Part shown: positions 56,176 to 64,000 of the stretch, piece by piece
How the letters are laid out: each line of letters starts with the position of its first letter
How positions within the stretch are numbered: position 1 is the stretch's first letter
DNA from: an uncultured Bacteroidales bacterium
Lineage (GTDB): Bacteria > Bacteroidota > Bacteroidia > Bacteroidales > UBA932
Direction: 5' to 3'
Length of the DNA stretch: 64,000 bases
NCBI GenBank assembly: GCA_944323775.1
Contig: CALUTT010000015.1
Location: 507 to 64,506 of the forward strand
The notes under the pieces: generated by a model
The model's input: the letters and a program-made list of their open reading frames with translations, nothing else
Databases searched by the model: none
What the model was told of the DNA's origin: nothing
Translations under genes and position numbers: made by a program

Positions 56176-57597
56176 CTATCTTTCAGCCGGCAAGAGCATG
56201 GACTCAATGTCGGAAACATATTTCTTGAATGTCCTGTCGGTGGACATAAGGTCAGAAACTGTCGAGCATGCATGCAGGACCGTCGCATGGTCCTTGCCGC
56301 CTATCTCAGCCCCGATTGTCGCGAGCGAGCAGTTGGAAATGAGGTTGCGGCACAGGTACATGGCAATCTGTCTCGCCTGTACGATCTGGCGCTTGCGTGA
56401 TTTCGAGAGCAGGGCATCGCGGGTGATGTTGAAGTATTCGCAGACGCTTTTCTCAACCTTGTCAATGCTTACTTCGGTCTTTTCCTCCCCGATGAGCGAC
56501 TCCGTGATTTCGGAGGCCAGCTCGAGGAAGGACTTGCCTCTCTCGATGGAAGAATAGGCGATGAGCGATACGAGCGTGCCTTCAAGTTCGCGGAAATTGG
56601 TGCGCACTTTCGACGCTATGAACTCAAGGACTTCGTCCGGAATGCTTACGCCTTCCCTCTCGGCCTTCTTGCGGAGCATCCTAAGCCTGGTTTCATAGTC
56701 CGGTTTGCCGAGCGGGACAGAGAGTCCCCACTTGAAACGGGACAGCAGCCTCTCCTCGAAATTGTGCAGGTCCACCGGAGCCCGGTCTGAAGTGAATATC
56801 AGTTGCTTGCTGTTCTGGTGCAGGTGATTGAACACGTTGAAGAACGCATTCTGGCTGCCCTGTCCGAGAAGATCCTGGATATCGTCCACAATCAGCACGT
56901 CGATCTTCATGTAGTAGGCAAGGAAATCGGTGAGCTTGTTGAGCACGTTGAGCGCTGTCATGTACTGGGTCTTGAATTCGTTGCCGGTCACGTACAAGAC
57001 GACGAGGTCAGGATATTTCTCCTTGATAGCAATCCCTATGGCCTGGGCGAGATGTGTCTTTCCCAAACCGGAGCCGCCGAATATGAAGAGCGGGTTGAAC
57101 GCTGTCTTTCCGGGAGCGGCGGCTATGTCACCGCCGACCGTGATCCCAAGCCTGTTGCACTCGCCTTCGACGAGATTGTCGAAGCAGTACTCCGCCTTAA
57201 GCCTCGGGTCTATCTTTACCTTGTGCAGTCCGGGATATACAAACGGGTTCGGCCTTTCGGAAGGCGGCGTGGCGATGGTGACGGGCGGATTTTCCGGAGT
57301 CGGCACACTCTGCCCGGGAACGTTGATGGGACGGTCCTTTACGGTACGTATCGAGTACTGGAGCCGTGCATCGGGACCGATTACCCTCCTGAGGGTTTTC
57401 CTGAGCACGTCGAGGAATGCCGATTCAATATATTCACGGAAAAAGTCGGACGGGACCTCTACTGTCAGCGTGCTTCCTTCAAGGGACAGCGACCGTATCG
57501 GCTTGAACCAAGTCGAGTACTGCTGAGGCTCGAGTATCTGGCCGATGATGCGCAGACACTCCTCCCATACAGTAATATGATTCTCCATTGTATCCAT
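56176..57597 (-). CDS. dnaA: Chromosomal replication initiator DnaA
   Basis: NPLFIFGGSGLGKTHL, VDDIQ, RLLSRFKWGL, RELEG, GGKDHATVLHA. Confidence 0.97.
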   Translation of the reverse strand: MDTMENHITVWEECLRIIGQILEPQQYSTWFKPIRSLSLEGSTLTVEVPSDFFREYIESAFLDVLRKTLRRVIGPDARLQYSIRTVKDRPINVPGQSVPTPENPPVTIATPPSERPNPFVYPGLHKVKIDPRLKAEYCFDNLVEGECNRLGITVGGDIAAAPGKTAFNPLFIFGGSGLGKTHLAQAIGIAIKEKYPDLVVLYVTGNEFKTQYMTALNVLNKLTDFLAYYMKIDVLIVDDIQDLLGQGSQNAFFNVFNHLHQNSKQLIFTSDRAPVDLHNFEERLLSRFKWGLSVPLGKPDYETRLRMLRKKAEREGVSIPDEVLEFIASKVRTNFRELEGTLVSLIAYSSIERGKSFLELASEITESLIGEEKTEVSIDKVEKSVCEYFNITRDALLSKSRKRQIVQARQIAMYLCRNLISNCSLATIGAEIGGKDHATVLHACSTVSDLMSTDRTFKKYVSDIESMLLPAER

Positions 57598-57650
57598 GAG
57601 GGTAAAAGATCCGACCGGTTCTATTTTCTGTTCGAATCGCTTTGCAAAAT

Positions 57651-57659
57651 TGGGGATAA
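57651..57659. promoter_or_regulatory. Candidate DnaA box TGGGGATAA upstream of dnaA
   Basis: One mismatch from TGTGGATAA, about 55 nt upstream of the start codon. Confidence 0.35.
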
Positions 57660-57871
57660 AAATTGTAAAAAAACTTTTTCCGAATATTGATTTTTATATT
57701 TTTTATCTTATTTTGGCTCTTGTCCCAAAGTCATTGACTGCTTTGCTAAATTATTATAAATCAATAATATAGCAAGGCGGCAGACGCTCAAATCACTGTC
57801 AGATAGCGCGTTTATTATTTAGAAATAATATAAATTAATAAATCGCCGCTGCAGTGCCGCAGAAAGGCAGT

Positions 57872-58957
57872 TTACTTTAGCCTGTCCACGTTTTTCCCTT
57901 GAATTTTTACGAGAAATGCATCAGCGTATTTGGCCTTAATCGCTTTGAAGTTCTTCCTGGCCTCGGCTTCGCTTCCGCTGACACTTATATAATACTTGTT
58001 GTACTTGCCTGATCTGATGACAAGGGGGGCGTAACCGAGGAACAGCGGATCGTCGGTCCGATACTCTTTTGACGAGACGAGTATCTGGACAGCGTACAGG
58101 GTATCCCCGGCCGAAACGCTCTCCTCCGTCTGCACGGCGCTTGAGTCTTCCGAATGGCCAGACATTCCCGAGAGGCTTACACTCTCGTCGTATATCTTCT
58201 TGTACTGGCTGAACGCGTTGAATATCCTTTGTGCAAGATCGCTCCTGTTTGCCTGCACCCTGAGCTTCGAGAGGTCGGTGGAGTTGGATATGAAGCCGAG
58301 TTCGACCAGTACGGCAGGCATAGCCGTCCTCCACAGAACAAGATAGGAGTTCTGCCATATCCCTCTGTCCGTCTTGATGGGGCCGCCCTTCAGGTTGTCG
58401 CTTATTATCTGGGCGAAGCGCAGGCTCTGTTCAAGATGAGAGTTCTGCATCAGGGTCATGAATATGAACGACTCGGGATTGTTGGGGTCGAATCCCTGGT
58501 ATTTCGTCGTGTAGTCATCCTCGAGGAGGATTACGGAGTTCTCTCTCCGGCAGACGTCGATGTTGTCCTGGTTCTTGCTCGACGACTGGCCGAGCACGTG
58601 GACTGAATATCCGTTGGGCGTCGTCTTGTCGAAAGAATTAATATGTATCGAGATGAACAGGTCCCCCTTTGCGTCGTTCGCAATCTCGGCCCTGTCATTC
58701 AGGGGTATGAACGTGTCGTTGCTGCGCGTCTGGATGACCTTCACATCAGGGTAGGCGTCACGTATCTTCTTGGCCAGAGTATTGGCGATGTCGAGCACAA
58801 GGGTCTTTTCGTATGTCTTTCCGTCGCGGCTGACGCAGCCTGAGTCCTTGCCTCCATGACCCGCGTCGATTACGACAGTACGGAGTCCGGTGCCGTCTGC
58901 CGACATGACTGTGCAGAAAGCTGCAAGGAATATGATAAGGCAAATTATGCGCTTCAA
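57872..58957 (-). CDS. N-acetylmuramoyl-L-alanine amidase (Amidase_3) with C-terminal SPOR-like domain
   Basis: VIDAGHGGKDSG, YEK, FISIHIN, AVLVELGFISN; TTG start. Confidence 0.9.
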   Translation of the reverse strand: MKRIICLIIFLAAFCTVMSADGTGLRTVVIDAGHGGKDSGCVSRDGKTYEKTLVLDIANTLAKKIRDAYPDVKVIQTRSNDTFIPLNDRAEIANDAKGDLFISIHINSFDKTTPNGYSVHVLGQSSSKNQDNIDVCRRENSVILLEDDYTTKYQGFDPNNPESFIFMTLMQNSHLEQSLRFAQIISDNLKGGPIKTDRGIWQNSYLVLWRTAMPAVLVELGFISNSTDLSKLRVQANRSDLAQRIFNAFSQYKKIYDESVSLSGMSGHSEDSSAVQTEESVSAGDTLYAVQILVSSKEYRTDDPLFLGYAPLVIRSGKYNKYYISVSGSEAEARKNFKAIKAKYADAFLVKIQGKNVDRLK

Positions 58958-59031
58958 GTTCGGGCTATTAAAATAATTGTATTACTTTTGTAAGCTATAT
59001 CAGTTGACAAATATAGTGTTTTTTCCAGGAT

Positions 59032-61767
59032 TTGGGCAGAAAGATATTCATATTTTGTCTATTGGCGGTGCTGGCCTGCTGTCTGTGGCCGGATACCGCC
59101 GTGGCTCAGTCCGTCCGTCCCCGCCGGGGAAGCGGGACATACGGAATGCGTATCGAGAAGAAGGTCGAGCAGCCCGATTCCGCGACTTTGGCAAGGCGGG
59201 ACTCGATATTCCGTGCCGATTCTGTGAGAAGGGCTGATTCCCTGGCCATGCTCTCCAAGAGTTCTCTTGAAGTCCCGGTCTTCTCCACGGCCAAGGACAC
59301 TATGGTGGAAGTCTTCAGCGACGGGCAGCGCAAGATATATTATTATGGTGACGTAAGCGTGAAGTATCAGGACATGGAGCTGACGGCCGACTATATGGAG
59401 TACGACCTGAAGTCCGGGACTGTGTTCGCCAGGGGTTCGTATGACAGTACCAAGGGAGAATGGGTAGGCCGGCCGAAGATGACCCAGGGCAGCAAGACCT
59501 ATGACATGGAGGAGCTGCGCTACAACTTCAACTCCAGGAAATCCAGGATCACCAACATGACCACAAGTGAAGACGAGGGAATACTGCGCGGACGGAACAT
59601 TAAGATGATGGACGATCAGTCGATCAACATCACCAAGGGTCAGTACACGGTGTGCGATGCCGAGCATCCGCATTACTATCTGTCCCTGTCGGCCGCCAAG
59701 GTTGTCCAGAACCCGTCGCGCAAGACGATATTCGGCCCGGCATGCCTGGTCATAGAGGATGTGAAGATCCCTCTGCTCGGAATTCCTTTCGGCTTTATCC
59801 CGAAACGCCCCGAAAGGGCGACCGGAATGCTGATGCCTACTTTCGGAGAGGAGGAGGCTCGTGGTTTCTACATGCGCGGACTCGGCATGTATTTCGTTTT
59901 CGGAGACCATTTTGACCTTCAGGTCACTGGTGACTACTATACTCTGGGATCCTGGGCGCTCAACGTCAGTTCACGCTACAACGTGAGGTACAAGTTTACA
60001 GGAGGGTTCAACCTTACATATTCCAATGACCAGACCGGTGAGAAAGGGACTCCGGAGTTCAACCAGATGCGCAACTTCGGCATCAGGTGGGACCATTCCC
60101 AGGATTCCAAGGCGAGACCCGGTACAACCTTCAGCGCCTCGGTCGACCTCAAGAGCCCTTCAAACAGCCGGTACAACTCGACCAGCCTCGACCAGGCCCT
60201 GCAGAACCAGGCAAGTTCGTCGATATCGTTCTCGAAGAACTGGGACGGCAAGGTCAATCTCAGCATAAACGCCCTGCATTCGCAGAATTCCAGGGACTCC
60301 TCATATTCGTTCACGCTGCCCAACATGACGCTTTCCGTGTCGACCATGTATCCTTTCAAGAGAAAGGAGCGTGTCGGCAAGGAACGTTTCTACGAAAAGA
60401 TCTCGTTCGGATACAAGGGTGCCTTCAACAACAAGATCAACTTCAAGGCGTCAGAATTCACACAGCCCGGGCTTATTGACAAGTTTCAGAACGGAATGAC
60501 CCATGATTTCTCCATCGGTCTGCCCTCCTTCCAGCTTTTCAAGTATCTCAGCGTTTCCCCTAGCGTCAGCTACGGACAGAAATGGTTCTTCTCCAAGACG
60601 GACTATGAGTACAACAGCGAGACCGGGGCCGTCGAGGCGAGGCCTTCGGGACAGTTCAGCACGCTCGGCATCTATCAGGACTACTCTTTCAGCACTTCGC
60701 TGAGCACGCGTATATACGGACTCTTCAATTTCGGCAAGGGAAGCCGTCTGCAGGCCATCAGGCACGTGATCTCCCCTACCGTTTCCGTAAGCTACGTCCC
60801 TAACCTCGGCACATACTCCAACGGCTACCGTACTTTGGAATACACCGACGCGTCCGGCCAGGATCAGGTCTATCAGTATAACATATACAGCGGACAGCTG
60901 TACCAGATCCCGACGACGGGCAGGCAGTCTGCATCCGCAACCATCAATATAGGCAACAACCTGGAAGCCAAGGTACGGGACTACGCAGACACGACGGGAA
61001 CCGGCACGAAAAAAGTGAAGCTGATCGACCAGTTCAACATATCGACGGGATATAATTTCCTTGCAGAGCAGTTCAAGATGCAGGTCATATCCATGTCGCT
61101 GTCCACCAATCTGTTCAATGCCATCAACCTGAGCGCCAGCGCAAGTCTTGATCCGTACGCGATCGACGAGCGTGGAAACAGGGTCGACAGGTTCGCCGTT
61201 TCGTCGGGCCAGGGCATCGGCAGGCTGAACAGCCTCAGCGCCTCAGCATCATATTCCATCTCGGGAAAGGGAACCATCAACGGCGATGACGGTTCCAAAA
61301 GCTCCTCCGGCGGCACTTCAGGCGCCGCCTCGTATTACCAGCGCAACTACTACCACCCTGTGACGGGAGAGTTCATCCCTGACGGCTGGCTCTACTATAC
61401 GAACCCTAACGTGCCATGGTCCGTCAACCTCAGCGCATCCTTCGGCATGACTCCACGCTACAGCTATGACGAGCAGGCCCAGCTGCTCCGCAAGACCAAC
61501 AGCATCAGGGCTACCCTGAGTGCGAGGGGAAACATCCAACTTACGCCCAAGATGTCGATCAACATCAGCACAGGGTATGACTTCGTCGCAATGAAAATGA
61601 CGGCCACGCAGTTCAGCGCCAGCTACGACCTCCACTGCTTCAACATTTCGGTAAGCTGGATTCCTACAGGAACATACAAGTCCTACAGCTTCCGAATCGC
61701 CGCGAACGCCGCTTCCCTTGCGGATCTTCTTAGGTTCAAGAAGAGCAGCAGCTATTGGGATAATTAG
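59032..61767 (+). CDS. lptD: Putative LPS assembly protein LptD
   Basis: OstA-like N-domain ([17 protein letters not shown]), YTVCD..HPHY, FGFIP, long barrel, Bacteroidetes-type C-terminus. Confidence 0.8.
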   Translation: MGRKIFIFCLLAVLACCLWPDTAVAQSVRPRRGSGTYGMRIEKKVEQPDSATLARRDSIFRADSVRRADSLAMLSKSSLEVPVFSTAKDTMVEVFSDGQRKIYYYGDVSVKYQDMELTADYMEYDLKSGTVFARGSYDSTKGEWVGRPKMTQGSKTYDMEELRYNFNSRKSRITNMTTSEDEGILRGRNIKMMDDQSINITKGQYTVCDAEHPHYYLSLSAAKVVQNPSRKTIFGPACLVIEDVKIPLLGIPFGFIPKRPERATGMLMPTFGEEEARGFYMRGLGMYFVFGDHFDLQVTGDYYTLGSWALNVSSRYNVRYKFTGGFNLTYSNDQTGEKGTPEFNQMRNFGIRWDHSQDSKARPGTTFSASVDLKSPSNSRYNSTSLDQALQNQASSSISFSKNWDGKVNLSINALHSQNSRDSSYSFTLPNMTLSVSTMYPFKRKERVGKERFYEKISFGYKGAFNNKINFKASEFTQPGLIDKFQNGMTHDFSIGLPSFQLFKYLSVSPSVSYGQKWFFSKTDYEYNSETGAVEARPSGQFSTLGIYQDYSFSTSLSTRIYGLFNFGKGSRLQAIRHVISPTVSVSYVPNLGTYSNGYRTLEYTDASGQDQVYQYNIYSGQLYQIPTTGRQSASATINIGNNLEAKVRDYADTTGTGTKKVKLIDQFNISTGYNFLAEQFKMQVISMSLSTNLFNAINLSASASLDPYAIDERGNRVDRFAVSSGQGIGRLNSLSASASYSISGKGTINGDDGSKSSSGGTSGAASYYQRNYYHPVTGEFIPDGWLYYTNPNVPWSVNLSASFGMTPRYSYDEQAQLLRKTNSIRATLSARGNIQLTPKMSINISTGYDFVAMKMTATQFSASYDLHCFNISVSWIPTGTYKSYSFRIAANAASLADLLRFKKSSSYWDN

Positions 61768-61777
61768 ATTTTTTCCC

Positions 61778-61785
61778 TATATTTG
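61778..61785 (+). promoter_or_regulatory. -7 element TATATTTG for rho
   Basis: Matches TAnnTTTG about 65 nt upstream of the ATG. Confidence 0.6.
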
Positions 61786-61849
61786 CGCCGTCACAAACCA
61801 TTTCCGATGCAGTTTCCATCTGCTCGGACTAATCAAATTCTTTCATATT

Positions 61850-63703
61850 ATGCCACACACTCTGTTTGAGCTGAGCACGATGAGCAGGGAACAGCTTGAA
61901 AACATAGCAGCAGGATATAACATCAAGTCTACGGGCAAACTGGACAATGAGAACCTGGCCTTTGCCATTATCGATGCGCAGGCGCTGGAGGAGTCGAAGA
62001 AACCGGTTGCCGACAAGCCCAAGGCAAGGCGCGGGCGTCCTCCGAAGAATAAGAAAGACGAGGCGGCGGCCAAGGCCGAAGGCGATGTCGCCGCAAACGG
62101 AAAGCCGTCCGAGTCAAAAGCGGTTCAGAAGAAGGAAACCTCCCCTGAGGGGAATGAGTCCGGTGCAGTGGAGAACGCTGCCCCCCAGAAAGCCAGGAAG
62201 CCCCGCCGCAAGCCGGCGAAGGAATCCGGCGAGAACGCCGCTGCCGAGAAACCCGCGCAGGAGTCTGCCGTGCTGAACCAGCCGCTTCCGGCCCTGCCTG
62301 CTTCAGGCGAGGCGGCCGCTCCCGCACTGCTTCCCGCTCCCTCTGAGGACGCCTCAAAGGCTGGGCAGCAGGACCAGCACAGAAGGCCCAGACGCCGTCC
62401 GATGGACAAGGATATCGAGAAGGTAATCGAGAAGGTCCAGTCCAAAGTAAACGAAAAGGCTTCAATGGAGCAGTCCCCTGAAAGGCCGGTGAACAACGGT
62501 AAGGTGCAGAACGGGCTCCAGCCCCAGAAACAGCGTCAGGTGCAGTATGAAGGCACCGTCGAGGCGACCGGAGTGCTCGAGGTCATGCCTGACGGTTACG
62601 GGTTCCTCCGTTCTTCAGACTACAACTATCTCAATTCACCTGACGACATTTATGTCTCACAGCAGCAGATCAAGGTCAACGGCCTGAAGAGCGGCGATAC
62701 CGTCACGGGTGAGATACGTCCTCCGCGCGAAGGTGACAAGTACTTCCCCCTGGTGAGCGTCAAGTACGTTAACGGCCGCACGATAGAATACATACGCGAC
62801 AGGGTGCCCTTCGATTTCCTCACTCCCCTTTTCCCCGACGAAAAGTTCAATCTCCTCGGAAACGGGCACGGAAAGGACAAGAGCTGCCGCATAGTCGACA
62901 TGTTCTCCCCGATCGGAAAGGGCCAGCGCATGCTTATAGTATCGCCTCCAAAGGCAGGAAAGACCCTGCTCCTCAAGAGCATAGCCAATGCCATTGCCGA
63001 CAATCACCCCGAGGTGTACGAGATAGTGCTGCTTGTGGACGAGCGTCCTGAGGAAGTGACTGACATGCAGAGGTCCGTAAAGGCCGAGGTCGTGGCTTCC
63101 ACTTTCGACGAACCTGCCGAGAAGCATGTCAAGGTTGCGAACATGGTGATCGAGAAGGCCAGAAGGCTTGTCGAATGCGGTCATGACGTCGTGATTCTCC
63201 TTGATTCGATAACCAGGCTTGCCAGGGCATACAATACCGTCCAGCCTGCATCCGGAAAGGTGCTTACCGGAGGTGTCGACGCCAACGCGCTCCAGAAGCC
63301 CAAGCGTTTCTTCGGAGCCGCCCGCAATATCGAGGGCGGAGGCTCGCTCACCATTCTTGCAACAGCTCTGACAGAGACCGGGTCCAAGATGGACGACGTG
63401 ATTTTCGAAGAGTTCAAGGGAACCGGAAACTCCGAAATCCAGCTTGACCGCACCCTCGCCAACCGAAGGATCTTCCCCGCCGTGAACGTGCTGCTTTCCG
63501 GCACCCGCAGGGACGACCTTCTCTATCAGAAGGACCAGGGGCAGAGGATATGGATCCTGCGCAAGCTGCTTGCCGACATGAATCCTACCGAGGCCATGAA
63601 TTTCATGCTGCAGCTCATGGACGAGTATGCCACCAACCAGGACCTCCTGGACAACATGTCGAAGGTGACTCCCCGCGATGCAAAGTACTATGACAATTTC
63701 TGA
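61850..63703 (+). CDS. rho: Transcription termination factor Rho with long N-terminal insertion
   Basis: [47 protein letters not shown]; start at MPHTL. Confidence 0.96.
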   Translation: MPHTLFELSTMSREQLENIAAGYNIKSTGKLDNENLAFAIIDAQALEESKKPVADKPKARRGRPPKNKKDEAAAKAEGDVAANGKPSESKAVQKKETSPEGNESGAVENAAPQKARKPRRKPAKESGENAAAEKPAQESAVLNQPLPALPASGEAAAPALLPAPSEDASKAGQQDQHRRPRRRPMDKDIEKVIEKVQSKVNEKASMEQSPERPVNNGKVQNGLQPQKQRQVQYEGTVEATGVLEVMPDGYGFLRSSDYNYLNSPDDIYVSQQQIKVNGLKSGDTVTGEIRPPREGDKYFPLVSVKYVNGRTIEYIRDRVPFDFLTPLFPDEKFNLLGNGHGKDKSCRIVDMFSPIGKGQRMLIVSPPKAGKTLLLKSIANAIADNHPEVYEIVLLVDERPEEVTDMQRSVKAEVVASTFDEPAEKHVKVANMVIEKARRLVECGHDVVILLDSITRLARAYNTVQPASGKVLTGGVDANALQKPKRFFGAARNIEGGGSLTILATALTETGSKMDDVIFEEFKGTGNSEIQLDRTLANRRIFPAVNVLLSGTRRDDLLYQKDQGQRIWILRKLLADMNPTEAMNFMLQLMDEYATNQDLLDNMSKVTPRDAKYYDNF

Positions 63704-63731
63704 AAGTAAGGCTTGCGGGCTGCAATGAATT

Positions 63732-63763
63732 ACGGGGCGATGCCGGAGAAGGCGTCGCCCCGT
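63732..63763. terminator. Probable bidirectional terminator between rho and upp
   Basis: ACGGGGCGA-T-GCC / GGC-G-TCGCCCCGT stem. Confidence 0.65.
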
Positions 63764-63783
63764 CTTATTTTACGGTATGATTA

Positions 63784-64000
63784 CTATTTCGTCCCGAAGA
63801 TCCTGTCTCCGGCATCGCCGAGTCCCGGTACGATATAGGCGTCGGAATTCAGGTGGTCATCAACCGAAGCCACATAGATGTCGACGTCCGGGTGGGCGGA
63901 CATGACTCTCTCGACACCGTCAGGAGCCGCGACCAGGCACATGAGCCGAATGTTGGTGCATCCCTTTTCCTTGAGCATGTCGATGGCATCGCACGCGCTG
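63784..64000 (-). CDS. upp: Uracil phosphoribosyltransferase (partial, 5' end outside window)
   Basis: CLVAAPDG and [17 protein letters not shown]; frame open to the window end. Confidence 0.9.
   Translation of the reverse strand, partial: SACDAIDMLKEKGCTNIRLMCLVAAPDGVERVMSAHPDVDIYVASVDDHLNSDAYIVPGLGDAGDRIFGTK

Noticed and set aside
57598-57871. oriC next to dnaA
   Set aside because: Only one imperfect DnaA box, no box cluster, and no dnaN or gyrB context.

Overview
This is a chromosomal window from a Bacteroidales-type bacterium, judged from the gene content, the TAnnTTTG-type promoters and the lipoprotein pilins. Most of it is housekeeping: rlmD, queA, tatA/tatC, valS, kdsC, maf, adk, hpt, tRNA-Cys, psd, cdsA, ftsH, birA, rpe, dnaA, an amidase, lptD, rho and partial upp. 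It also has a few glycan genes (a GH35-like enzyme and a GH10-esterase fusion). The standout is a ~22 kb accessory block (3786-25606) with two divergent, mirror-image type V (Fim/Mfa-like) pilus operons. Between them lies a 183-bp segment bounded by perfect 16-bp inverted repeats (12706-12721 and 12905-12920). This segment carries one consensus Bacteroidetes promoter, currently pointing at the left operon. A short, catalytically intact tyrosine recombinase closes the block. The inferred system is an invertible-promoter toggle that expresses one of two alternative pili at a time. Family names come from my own recognition of motifs, not from database searches, and GC values are hand-counted estimates.
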